Of a DNA stretch of 37,562 nt, positions 1-9,479 are shown piece after piece (positions within the stretch are counted from its first letter, which is position 1; each line of letters begins with the position of its first letter). The position numbers and the translations under genes are program-made. Below the pieces are notes generated by a model. It saw only the letters and a list, made by a program, of their open reading frames with translations, made no database searches and was not told where the DNA came from. The DNA is from a virus. Its lineage: Duplodnaviria > Caudoviricetes. The stretch lies in the IMG/VR virus record IMGVR_UViG_3300005934_000011, positions 1 to 37,562 of that record. The stretch is one strand, 5' to 3'.

Positions 1-461
1 GCAGAATCTTCAATAACAATTTTGCCTGCTTCTCTTAGTGATTTAATTCTGTTTTCGACATACTTGGGATATCTACCGTTGATTGCTGATACGAATATAA
101 CTCTACAATCATTTGGTATCTTATCGAAATTTATACAGTAGGATACAGGGTCTACATCAACGATAACAGGAATACCTCCCATTAGTATTGCACCATTACA
201 TGTAGCGGCCTGAGTATATGCACTAACGGCAAACTTCTCTCCGGGCTGTATTTTAGCTACCATAGACGCACACAGGAGACCTGTAGTAGCACTTGTAACC
301 ATATGTGCATACTTGGCACCAGTAAACTCGCATATCTTTGATTCTAGTTCTCTGGTCTTTGTGTGTTCCATAATCCAGCCACCAGAATTGATATAGTCTG
401 TTACACTATCAACTTCTTCTTTCCCGTAGACCGGGTTCATGTGACTGTTAGGCGTTATCAT
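1..461 (-). CDS. DegT/DnrJ/EryC1/StrS family PLP-dependent sugar aminotransferase (5' part only; runs off left edge)
   Basis: Not in the ORF track. Manual translation from ATG 461 (alternative ATG 440): MITPNSHMNPVYGKEEVDSVTDYINSGGWIMEHTKTRELESKICEFTGAKYAHMVTSATTGL...ATCNGAILMGGIPVIVDVDP...KIVIEDSA. The S(A/G)TxxL, GxxPVxVDVD and IED(S/A)A motifs are typical of the family. The start overlaps the upstream stop (448-450). Confidence 0.88.
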   Translation of the reverse strand, partial: MITPNSHMNPVYGKEEVDSVTDYINSGGWIMEHTKTRELESKICEFTGAKYAHMVTSATTGLLCASMVAKIQPGEKFAVSAYTQAATCNGAILMGGIPVIVDVDPVSYCINFDKIPNDCRVIFVSAINGRYPKYVENRIKSLREAGKIVIEDS

Positions 462-1365
462 AATACCACTCAAATGTTTTAGCAAAGGCTTCTTCGACTG
501 TAAATCTAGGTACCCAACCTAGTTCCTTTAATCTATCATTTGAGATTGCTCTGTTTTTTATACCTTCTGGTCTATCAGTGTTGAACCAAAGATTGCCTTT
601 GTAACCACTGACTTTGATTAGAAGTTCTGCAATCTCTTTAATAGAAATCTCGTAACCACTTGCAACGTTTACACAATCGTATTTATCATTATTTAAAATT
701 ATGTCCATAGCATCAATGGCATCTTCAATGTAAAGTATATCTCTACTTTGATTTCCAGAACCCCATATTTCAATTTTATCTGAATTGTTTTTACATGCGT
801 CAACAAACTTTTGCATCAATGCACCTATAACATGTGCATGTTCGCCTGTTCTATCATGTGGTCCAAACATATTAGTATTGATTGCAGTACGCCAATGGGT
901 GTCGTATTTTTCATTACTTGCTCTACACTGATACATGCCCATTAGTTTAGGTAATGCAGTAGGTAGATATGTAGGGAAAGGTTCACCTTGCATAAGTTGT
1001 GTTTCTTTATAAGGTTGTTCGCCTACTGCTGGATAACTACAAGTACTGCCTTGTAGTAATACTCTGTCTGTTCTGTTAAATCTACATGCTTCAAATATAT
1101 TATTTTGAATTGTTAGATTCTTAATCATCAATTCAAAACTTTTATCTAAGTCTTCTTGTAGCCCACCTACAGTAGCCGCATTGATGATAACATGAGTAGG
1201 CTTATGTAACTGCAAATCCGTTTTTGTAGATATCTTTGACATATAGTTTGCATTCTGAGTATTACCTCCTAATGCTTCTGGATACTTTTTCTTATACCAA
1301 GTACCTACAAGTCCTCTATCTCCTGCGATATAATACTTAGGTATATCCATACTATAGTGCATCAT
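448..1365 (-). CDS. NAD(P)-dependent epimerase/reductase, GDP-L-fucose synthase (Fcl/WcaG)-like
   Basis: GDRGLVG Rossmann motif, AATVGG, GSTCSYP (cf. GSSCIYP), NMFGPHD, HVIGALMQKF, IWGSGNQSRDILYIED, DRPEG and LGWVP. The YxxxK tyrosine is replaced by Thr. Confidence 0.85.
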   Translation of the reverse strand: MMHYSMDIPKYYIAGDRGLVGTWYKKKYPEALGGNTQNANYMSKISTKTDLQLHKPTHVIINAATVGGLQEDLDKSFELMIKNLTIQNNIFEACRFNRTDRVLLQGSTCSYPAVGEQPYKETQLMQGEPFPTYLPTALPKLMGMYQCRASNEKYDTHWRTAINTNMFGPHDRTGEHAHVIGALMQKFVDACKNNSDKIEIWGSGNQSRDILYIEDAIDAMDIILNNDKYDCVNVASGYEISIKEIAELLIKVSGYKGNLWFNTDRPEGIKNRAISNDRLKELGWVPRFTVEEAFAKTFEWYYDNA

Positions 1366-4148
1366 TATAATGATCCTTGTGCATTTATATTCACATCTTT
1401 CTGTATAATAAAATAATTTGTTATTGATGGGTCTGGGTTATGTTCAGACGATAAAGGTGTTTCGTGTCCTAAGTTAGGATTTTGAAAATGCTTTATGAGA
1501 TTGTTTTCTTCCTCAAAACTTTCAAACTTATCATATATAAAAGGATAAGGTTGTATAACTGCTATACCACCTGGTCTAAGATGGTCTTGGACATTATCAA
1601 GAAAGAATTCCATCTCATCTCGTTCATAAGGAGCAAAGAAAGTATTCATAACATTATTTTTATCCTCTACTTGCCAGTTTTGGTCTACGACCCCTCCGTG
1701 TAATCTAACTACCTTATTTGGTTTCCAAAATATATTTGACATATTCATAAAGATAATATCATATTTGTCTGGTAACGTAAAACGTTTATTCGGAGAAATA
1801 TGCAAATCTATTGGATCTATGTCTAACATCTTCCATATAGTTTTTAGTTCTTCTAGATTGTCTCCTGCTTCTTTATAAGAATTAGTTGAATATACACAAC
1901 TAAATCCTTTAGATTTTAAGAAGTGAGGTACGAACCCAAAATGTGTACCCATATCTAATATGTTAATACTTTTTGGTGCATAAGTCAAGCCTATATTATT
2001 CATGATATTCATATGATTATTCCAATAATCGATACGCAAACTTGATTCAAAATATACAGATTGCCTAGAATCTCTAATAGTTTTTATTTCATTTTTATAT
2101 GTATCTGTAAATGTTGTTAGATACGTTTTAAACTCATCTCCGATTGATAAACGATTAGTTGGTCTTCGAAATCTCCATGATGCATATTGAAAATAATATC
2201 GAAAGTCTGTATCATAATAATCTCTTATCCATTGTTGTGTAGATTCTTTGTAGAATAATTTTCTATAAAATTCTGACACTTTGGCGACACCTGTTCTTCT
2301 ATGTTTCCATGTTTCGTCTTTGGTTTCTGTTAGCAACTCTACTATATTTCTAACTATTTGCCTTTCTCCAAAGTTTTTGCCCCAATCAAATCTTCTATAC
2401 TTGCCGTCAGCATATGGATCATCTAAATCTATAGTATACTTTACATTATAATCTTCTATAAAATAAGTTTGAGGTCTAACATGTATTTCTTTGGATAGAC
2501 CTTCATCGCCCTCCATTAGTTTTTTCAAAAGTTTTTCTGGTTTTTCGTTTGTAAGTTCGGATACTGTTATCAAACCTGACCAAAGTCTTTTTACCGGATC
2601 TCTATATATTGTAATCATTTTTATTTGATTTACACTTATACCAGCATCTATCATCTCTCTATGATTTACTAATCTATAACCTAATCTGTATGCGATTTCA
2701 TTCAGAAAAAAAGTACTGGCGTTTTTCCATATTGGAACTAAACCAGTATTTGTATTTTCATTATACCAAAATCCGTTATACCAAAGTTTTTTCATTTGAT
2801 TATCTGGATCATTTTCCTGTATCCATTTTACTTCTGGTACTGACAGTCCTAATGGTTTCTTGTGTTCTCTAGTTGTAGATAATGAACAAAAAATTCTATT
2901 GTAAGTTTTGTTAGCAACTACTTTATAATGCATATAGTTGTAATCTAAAATAGATTGCATTTCTTCATCATAAACAATATTATCAAGTTTATCTGTTTCA
3001 ATAGGTGTTTCTTTTTGTATTTGTTCTACAGTGTCTATGATAGATAATATTCTATCTCTACCTTCTAGTTCATCATATTTCTCTGACCATCGACTATTGA
3101 ATGTTTTAAATCCTAAATCTTTTAATACTTTTAAATAGTTTTTATCTCCAACGATTATAAATGGTTTCTTAGATAATATTGCTTGTGAAAGTTTTTCACT
3201 TATACAAACTAATCCATCATCTTTGTATGTAAACTCTGTGATAATCTCAACATAACTTTTTCTTCTAAATGGAAACATTTCTGTTACTCTATCAAGATAT
3301 GAACCAGATAACCATTCATCTCTGTCCATTGATACTGAGTAAGGTAGTTTCTTGCCGTAGAATACATTCCAAATGTGGTCAAACGTTCTATATTCATATC
3401 GGTCTTCGTTACTTAAATGTGTACGAAATAATGTTTCCTTATCCATATCTTTTGATATGTGTTCATTTTCTGAACCTAAGAAACTCATATGGAAATCACC
3501 TTCGATATCTATCTTTCTGTGTATCAATTCAGCAAGTGTTAAACTTCTATGGTCTCTTAATCTTCTATTCAAAAATAAAAATCTTTTTGGTCGTTTAGCA
3601 GGCATTTCTGCTGAATAATGACTGTAATAATATTCAGGTTCGTTTTGAGGTCCGTCTGTTTTTAGACCCATTTCATATTTCCAATCAGAAAATCTACATG
3701 TACTTGAAGATGCACTTATGACTTTTATATTACCTTTCCAATCAGCATTTTCAAACATCGTCCAATATATTATATTTTTATTATGTTTGTGTTCGCCAAA
3801 ATAGTTATCAATCTTTCTATATATTTCTTCTGGAACATATTCACAACCCATATCAAAAATAATACAAGTATTTCCCTCATCTAAATCTTTGTTTACTTGT
3901 TTATCTTTTGCAACGTGTTCTACCATCATATCTATAGCAATTTCATATGCATATAAATTTCCTATCTTTTCTAAATGCTCTTTGTAAAAAGAACATGCTA
4001 GAGTAGGAGAAATAAAATAATATTTCTCAAATCTAGTACTATGATGTAGTTCATCAATATAGTTTTGATACATATCATAATCTGCAGGATCGCCCCACGG
4101 CATTTGTATTCTTTCAGAACGCACTGCTAATTTCTTATTATAATACAT
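1365..4148 (-). CDS. Multidomain fusion: glycosyltransferase-like N-domain + sulfotransferase (family 2-like) + class I SAM-dependent methyltransferase
   Basis: N-part: FLFLNRR..HR, ITEF...ISEK..AI..KKPFII.G....LK.LGFKTF. Middle: PIWKNAST (5'-PSB-like), RDPVKRLWSG (3'-PB-like), HVRPQ, YxxDF. C-part: ILDMGTHFG (motif I) and LRPGG. Confidence 0.7.
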   Translation of the reverse strand: MYYNKKLAVRSERIQMPWGDPADYDMYQNYIDELHHSTRFEKYYFISPTLACSFYKEHLEKIGNLYAYEIAIDMMVEHVAKDKQVNKDLDEGNTCIIFDMGCEYVPEEIYRKIDNYFGEHKHNKNIIYWTMFENADWKGNIKVISASSSTCRFSDWKYEMGLKTDGPQNEPEYYYSHYSAEMPAKRPKRFLFLNRRLRDHRSLTLAELIHRKIDIEGDFHMSFLGSENEHISKDMDKETLFRTHLSNEDRYEYRTFDHIWNVFYGKKLPYSVSMDRDEWLSGSYLDRVTEMFPFRRKSYVEIITEFTYKDDGLVCISEKLSQAILSKKPFIIVGDKNYLKVLKDLGFKTFNSRWSEKYDELEGRDRILSIIDTVEQIQKETPIETDKLDNIVYDEEMQSILDYNYMHYKVVANKTYNRIFCSLSTTREHKKPLGLSVPEVKWIQENDPDNQMKKLWYNGFWYNENTNTGLVPIWKNASTFFLNEIAYRLGYRLVNHREMIDAGISVNQIKMITIYRDPVKRLWSGLITVSELTNEKPEKLLKKLMEGDEGLSKEIHVRPQTYFIEDYNVKYTIDLDDPYADGKYRRFDWGKNFGERQIVRNIVELLTETKDETWKHRRTGVAKVSEFYRKLFYKESTQQWIRDYYDTDFRYYFQYASWRFRRPTNRLSIGDEFKTYLTTFTDTYKNEIKTIRDSRQSVYFESSLRIDYWNNHMNIMNNIGLTYAPKSINILDMGTHFGFVPHFLKSKGFSCVYSTNSYKEAGDNLEELKTIWKMLDIDPIDLHISPNKRFTLPDKYDIIFMNMSNIFWKPNKVVRLHGGVVDQNWQVEDKNNVMNTFFAPYERDEMEFFLDNVQDHLRPGGIAVIQPYPFIYDKFESFEEENNLIKHFQNPNLGHETPLSSEHNPDPSITNYFIIQKDVNINAQGSL

Positions 4149-5395
4149 TAGTTCTTTCCTATTAAGTTGTTCTCATACTTTATACTATTTTTAGTATTCA
4201 TATATTCTTGATTTGTTTTTTTGCCACAAAATAATGAACATGTTATAAGTCTTTTTTCTCTTATGTCATGGCTGTTAAAACTATCTACCCATCTTCCTTG
4301 AAACATTTCACCGTCTATTATATCTTTTAAACTATTATATTCAAGACTTATATTTCTTTTACCGTAAGAATTTATAAAGTCTTGTAATTGTGATACTTCA
4401 TGTGAATTTGGATTTGCATAATATTTACTTGCTGTAAAACAGCATGGGAATACTAACCCATCATGCCCAATGAATACACTCTTTGGTTTTATAACCATAC
4501 AATCAATATCTGTTTCTCCTAGTTTTTCTTCCCATGGAGATAATTGTCTATCGTTGTCTATAATGACTTTTTCTGTTTTTGGTTGGTAAAATATTTTTGG
4601 ATCATTAAATTTCTTAGCAAGTTCTTCTGGTTCAATAGATTGTTCTTCTGATTTTACAAAACCTGTTTCTTTTAAGTATAACTTGATTTCTTTACTATTC
4701 ATAGAAGGATCTTTTTGTTCTATGTAATATTCAGGTACGCCCTTATCATTTAAAACTTTCATCCAGCTATTATATTTTCTTCCATTTGCTGTAATAGGTT
4801 GGTTTACAAACCCTAAAGGTTCTTTTGCATAGAAGTGACAGAACCCTAATTCATTTGCTAACTGTCTTGCTTCTTCAATCTGATGTTGATTATGTTTGAA
4901 TACTAAAAACTCCCATCGTGCTACCCCGCCAGCTTTTACATACCATTTCATAGCATTCATAATCTTTGGCCAGTGTGTGCCTCTTCTGTATATGTGATTA
5001 GTATCTTCAAGACCATCGACACTAAAAGTCAAAGTAGAATCATTTACAGAAAATAACTTACCTAACTCAGTCCAAAATTCTTCGTTTCTTCCACTTGCAT
5101 TTGTATTCATAGTAAATCTGACTTTTGGATTGATGCTTCTGATATATTTTAAAATATTGACTAGTTCTGGATTAGTCATAGCATCGCCATAGTTACCACA
5201 CATCTGCATAGAAAATAATTGAGCAACAAACTCATCATCAAACCAAGTCTTGAATCTATCTAAAGAAAGATATGTTTCTTTGTATGATGTATTCTTTGGT
5301 CCTCCTTGTTGTCTACGATTACATATAGGACATTTAGCATTACAAAGACTGCTCATTTCTAAATCAACATGTAATATGTCTTTATAAAAATACAT
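4148..5395 (-). CDS. Radical SAM protein with C-terminal twitch/SPASM domain
   Basis: CNAKCPIC (CxxxCxxC), FSVDG, and C-terminal DC...GLVFPCC...TCSLFC. GNYGDA stands in place of GGEP. Confidence 0.88.
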   Translation of the reverse strand: MYFYKDILHVDLEMSSLCNAKCPICNRRQQGGPKNTSYKETYLSLDRFKTWFDDEFVAQLFSMQMCGNYGDAMTNPELVNILKYIRSINPKVRFTMNTNASGRNEEFWTELGKLFSVNDSTLTFSVDGLEDTNHIYRRGTHWPKIMNAMKWYVKAGGVARWEFLVFKHNQHQIEEARQLANELGFCHFYAKEPLGFVNQPITANGRKYNSWMKVLNDKGVPEYYIEQKDPSMNSKEIKLYLKETGFVKSEEQSIEPEELAKKFNDPKIFYQPKTEKVIIDNDRQLSPWEEKLGETDIDCMVIKPKSVFIGHDGLVFPCCFTASKYYANPNSHEVSQLQDFINSYGKRNISLEYNSLKDIIDGEMFQGRWVDSFNSHDIREKRLITCSLFCGKKTNQEYMNTKNSIKYENNLIGKN

Positions 5396-6588
5396 TAAAA
5401 ATGTCCTTCAAATTCTGGCAAGTAATCTAGTATATTTTGTTTTCTTATTTCATCTAAGTTTTTTGTGTACTCAATAGCTTTTTGCCATTTGTCTTTTCTA
5501 TCAGGTCCACTAAACATTTTTTCAAATTCTGTTAGCTTCCAACTATCAAATACATTAGAAAACTTTTTGTGTATACGTTCTCTCATTTCTTTTGGTAATA
5601 CAGCAGGTGAAAGAATGTCTGGATCATAAACATAGTTATGATGAACATGTACTCCCATTTCTCTGTTAAAGAAATTATAGAAATCGCCTAGTGTAGAATA
5701 GTTCATCCATGATACGGTTTGTGTTACATCTAATTCAAAGTTTTCTTCTTTTAATCTTTTAAAGTTTTTAATTACAGTATCCCAATCACTAGGATATCTG
5801 ATGTAGTAATTTCTATCACCTAAATCATCAATACTGCAACTTACTTTCACATTATCAAACTTACGCCACAAGTCTATAACTTTATCATTCATATTTGTCA
5901 TATTGATGTTATACCATAACTTAATATCAGTCTTGCCTAACTCAACTAACTTTTCTAAGAAAGCAAAGTGTTGTTTGATTAAAGTAGGTTCACCACCATT
6001 AATATAAAATGTTTTTACTTTATCGCAGTGTTTCAATAAGTCTTCCCAGAAACCTTCACGCTCAGGCCATCTAAAGCCTTCCATTGTATCATAGCTTGTT
6101 AACGTAAATGTAGTTTTCTTTTGTAATGCATCGTAATCATTTCGCCATTTACTTGAACTTGCTGGATTACAAGTACGACATGCAACATTGCAAACATTAC
6201 CTAATCTTAATTCAACAAACTCTAGCTGAACGTCTTTCATTGTTCCATCGCTCTCAGTGGCGTCCCTAGCGACTTCTACAGTGTATTCAGGGTAGTTCTT
6301 TATTTCTTCTAATCTTTTAGACATCATGCCTTTTGCTTCTTCTGAATAGCAACGCATACATGCACGTGGCTTTTTACCATCTAATACTTCTAGTCTTGCT
6401 TTACGAAACGATTCAGAATTCATTGTATCATGCACTGTGTCACGATTAAGATTGTAAAATCTATCACCATCACGTGAACTACTTAAAGCATTTCTATGAT
6501 CCGCAATACAACAATGCGTCACTCCACCATGTGGGTGTGTCGCTAAATGTTGAAACAGCAATGGACAAAAAGTATTACTCACGTTCAA
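5395..6588 (-). CDS. Radical SAM protein with N-terminal twitch domain
   Basis: N-terminal FCPLLFQH...GGVTHCC...CMRC; core CNVACRTCNPASSSKW, GGEP, CSIDD. Confidence 0.9.
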   Translation of the reverse strand: MNVSNTFCPLLFQHLATHPHGGVTHCCIADHRNALSSSRDGDRFYNLNRDTVHDTMNSESFRKARLEVLDGKKPRACMRCYSEEAKGMMSKRLEEIKNYPEYTVEVARDATESDGTMKDVQLEFVELRLGNVCNVACRTCNPASSSKWRNDYDALQKKTTFTLTSYDTMEGFRWPEREGFWEDLLKHCDKVKTFYINGGEPTLIKQHFAFLEKLVELGKTDIKLWYNINMTNMNDKVIDLWRKFDNVKVSCSIDDLGDRNYYIRYPSDWDTVIKNFKRLKEENFELDVTQTVSWMNYSTLGDFYNFFNREMGVHVHHNYVYDPDILSPAVLPKEMRERIHKKFSNVFDSWKLTEFEKMFSGPDRKDKWQKAIEYTKNLDEIRKQNILDYLPEFEGHF

Positions 6589-7399
6589 AATCCTCTAGGT
6601 TAAATGATGATATACCTTTAAAATAATTATCTATCATGTTAGCAAGTATTCCATTATTCGTATCGGACATGTGTTGTTTTCTAGGATCAACACCCATTAT
6701 TCTAGGGTGTTCCTTCGTTAGTAACAACGTATCGTGTATTGCTTCGTTTTCACTTACATCACATAAACAGAATTTTTTAATATCTAAAAATTTATCAGCC
6801 TCAGGATAATTGAATGCAGGCAATAATAATGTCTTGTTTGGTAGTGAATCTAAAAACGCTTGTAACAATCTTAATTCATTTATAAAATCTTCTTTAGATA
6901 ATGTATATGAAAGCCATTCGAATACTTTTTTATTTTTATTGAACACATCATATGATTCATGTGTTTTTGGTGCTGAGTTATCAAGAAACCCAAGTATAGA
7001 TGCTTGATAATTTGGCTTATATGTTACATCATTTGGAAAAGAAGGTATTCTAGTGTATGATGTAGTTATAAAAATAATGTAATCATTTTCATCATAATAT
7101 TCACTATTTAGATAAGCGAATAGTTGTTGCTTTGAATAAAGCAAACTTGTGCCTCCGCATCCGTAATTCCAAATCTGTTTTTTAGTCTTGTGATGCAAAT
7201 GTCCGAACCAACTTTTATTGTTGAAATGGTTTTCAAAATTTTTATCTTTGAAAGATTTATTTTCCGAATAAGCATAGCTGTCACCAAATATTACTATCTT
7301 TTCTTCTGAGTCATAATCGTTTAACCAAGTAAAAATCCTGTCTTTTTTATTTACGTATCTAGGAAACATTTCTAACATTGCTTCTTCCTCGTCCACCAC
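6575..7399 (-). CDS. SGNH/GDSL hydrolase-fold protein (putative O-acyl esterase or transferase)
   Basis: IVIFGDSY (block I), NYGCGGTS (block II) and a C-terminal His in QHMS...N. The start may be ATG 7378. Confidence 0.6.
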   Translation of the reverse strand: MVDEEEAMLEMFPRYVNKKDRIFTWLNDYDSEEKIVIFGDSYAYSENKSFKDKNFENHFNNKSWFGHLHHKTKKQIWNYGCGGTSLLYSKQQLFAYLNSEYYDENDYIIFITTSYTRIPSFPNDVTYKPNYQASILGFLDNSAPKTHESYDVFNKNKKVFEWLSYTLSKEDFINELRLLQAFLDSLPNKTLLLPAFNYPEADKFLDIKKFCLCDVSENEAIHDTLLLTKEHPRIMGVDPRKQHMSDTNNGILANMIDNYFKGISSFNLEDFERE

Positions 7400-8769
7400 T
7401 CATACAACTCAGGGTCACGTTTATAAATATCTTCTAGTCTGAATTGTTCTTGTCTGATTCGGTCTAGTTGTTCTTGATAGTTTCTACCATTGAAAAATTG
7501 TTCTTCATGTGTCTCTGGCCACTGTTCTTCAAACGTTTGTCTATCTTTCATACCCTTGAGTGTATTCACAAGAGTTTGTTGCTTAGGAGTCGCCTTTGGC
7601 TCAATATAAGCTAATAATTCGTCTAAGTGTCTATTCAGTATATGTTTAGGCCATGCAAACGGCGAAAATACGATATCGGCGTGAAAAGCGAACATAATCT
7701 TTGTTTCTATTCTTACATCTAACTCTAAACTCAAATCAAATAAATCTTTGATACTAAACATGCCTGGTCCAGTAATAGTCAAGTCAAATAACATTTTGTC
7801 TTTGCCACCTGGTGCGGCCAGTCCTTTCTTAAAGTTAGCTAACCATTCTTCCCATACAATACCTTTACGAATAAACTCTACAATATCTCCTGTTCCATCA
7901 ATACTTGCACACATTAACCAATCTTTAAACTGAGGTAAGTAGTCAAACAACTCCATGCCTTTAAATGATGTACGAGACAAATTAGAGTTATATCTTAAGT
8001 GACAATTCTTTGCTGAACCATTAGCGACCATTTCTTTTAATGCCCACCAATGTATATCATACATAAGTGGTTCACCACCTACCCAATATATTTCTTCTAC
8101 AATACCATCTGAAATTGCTTTTTTAAATTCAGGCTCAACTACAGTACGTTGAAACTTAACCATCTTTTGTTTTACAGTTGGTTGCATGAAAGGTTGATTT
8201 TCAATCGACCACATGTTATGTTTTTTCTTTTCTGCTTCCCATGAACTTGATAATTGTTCACCACACATACGACATTTAAAGTTGCATAAGTTTGAATATC
8301 TGTAATCAAATGATATGGCAGGCATTGTTGTATGCCCATCATCATCTGTCTTATCAAATGCTTCTTGTATCTTATCTCTGAATAAAACACCAGTAAACCA
8401 TTTACGATAAGATGACAAACTCAAAATGTCATCATTGCAAACATCACACTGTGGAATACGTTCTCCAGCCATTAGTTTCTTTCTAATGTCTTTCATGTAA
8501 GGAGAGTTCCAGTGTTCTTCTAATGATACAGGATTAAAATCGTCTGCATCTGTTTTACTTTCTTTTACTTTACCATAACGTTCATCGTTTGATGCATCTA
8601 TGTATTGTTTTTGAAAAGAATGTTCTTCACGTGATGCACAACACAGTCTACGTTCACCTTGAGGAGAGATATAAGTATGTGACCAAGGAGCCATGCAAAA
8701 AGTTTTATTTTCACTTTCTTCTGCACAACTTCCGTCGCTCTTCCAAATAGGTATCACCTTCTTCGTCAT
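7372..8769 (-). CDS. Radical SAM protein with N-terminal twitch domain
   Basis: FCMAPWSH...GERRLCC...CDVC; core CNFKCRMCGEQLSSSW, GGEP, ASIDG. Confidence 0.9.
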   Translation of the reverse strand: MTKKVIPIWKSDGSCAEESENKTFCMAPWSHTYISPQGERRLCCASREEHSFQKQYIDASNDERYGKVKESKTDADDFNPVSLEEHWNSPYMKDIRKKLMAGERIPQCDVCNDDILSLSSYRKWFTGVLFRDKIQEAFDKTDDDGHTTMPAISFDYRYSNLCNFKCRMCGEQLSSSWEAEKKKHNMWSIENQPFMQPTVKQKMVKFQRTVVEPEFKKAISDGIVEEIYWVGGEPLMYDIHWWALKEMVANGSAKNCHLRYNSNLSRTSFKGMELFDYLPQFKDWLMCASIDGTGDIVEFIRKGIVWEEWLANFKKGLAAPGGKDKMLFDLTITGPGMFSIKDLFDLSLELDVRIETKIMFAFHADIVFSPFAWPKHILNRHLDELLAYIEPKATPKQQTLVNTLKGMKDRQTFEEQWPETHEEQFFNGRNYQEQLDRIRQEQFRLEDIYKRDPELYEWWTRKKQC

Positions 8770-9479
8770 ACTTCTAATATTCCGTTCTTTTTATTAATTG
8801 TTCCATGATAAAAAGGAAACTCTTTTGCTATAAGTTCTATTTCATCATAGTTCCAAATTAAATTTATCTTTTGTTCTTTTGTCAGTTGCTTCTTCATGCC
8901 TCTAGGATCATTATCTATATCAAATATGTTGCCTAGATTTTCATATGGATAAAATGATACGTCAAAATCTTTTGAAAATTCCTTAACATATTCATTATAT
9001 AAAAAATAATTTTTATTATATGCGTGACAAATTTTATATACGTAATCTTTTTCGTAATATCTTTTTTTATGTTTTCCTATTTCGCCATCAGTCATTACCC
9101 AAGTATTATCGCTATCTGCAATCATGTGACTATATATTGTATCTAACATATCCATTCTAAAACTAAAATGTAAATTAGTAATACCAAGGTCTTCAAAGAA
9201 TATCTTTGATCCTTCTAAACTAAAGTCATACATTTTGCCTTTTAAAGGTCTTGCAGTCATGCCAGAACTTATATGATATTTCATACACCAATCAATTTGT
9301 TTTTCATTAAGTTTCATAAGTTTCTTATAATATATAAGCAACTCATCATGGTGTATTTCTGATGAAGGGAACCCATGTTGACTAAACCAAAACTCTTTTG
9401 AGCAAAGATTTCTTGATACATAATGGTCTACAAGTGTACTACCCGACCTTCCGTAATAGATTACTAAATGTCGTTTCAT
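8766..9479 (-). CDS. Putative sulfotransferase (Stf0-like)
   Basis: N-terminal GRSGSTL PAPS-binding loop, R.D.LDTIYSHMIA resembling the RxxxLxxxxS 3'-PB motif, YENL, and a C-terminal KKQ...I.NY.E pattern. Confidence 0.6.
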   Translation of the reverse strand: MKRHLVIYYGRSGSTLVDHYVSRNLCSKEFWFSQHGFPSSEIHHDELLIYYKKLMKLNEKQIDWCMKYHISSGMTARPLKGKMYDFSLEGSKIFFEDLGITNLHFSFRMDMLDTIYSHMIADSDNTWVMTDGEIGKHKKRYYEKDYVYKICHAYNKNYFLYNEYVKEFSKDFDVSFYPYENLGNIFDIDNDPRGMKKQLTKEQKINLIWNYDEIELIAKEFPFYHGTINKKNGILEV

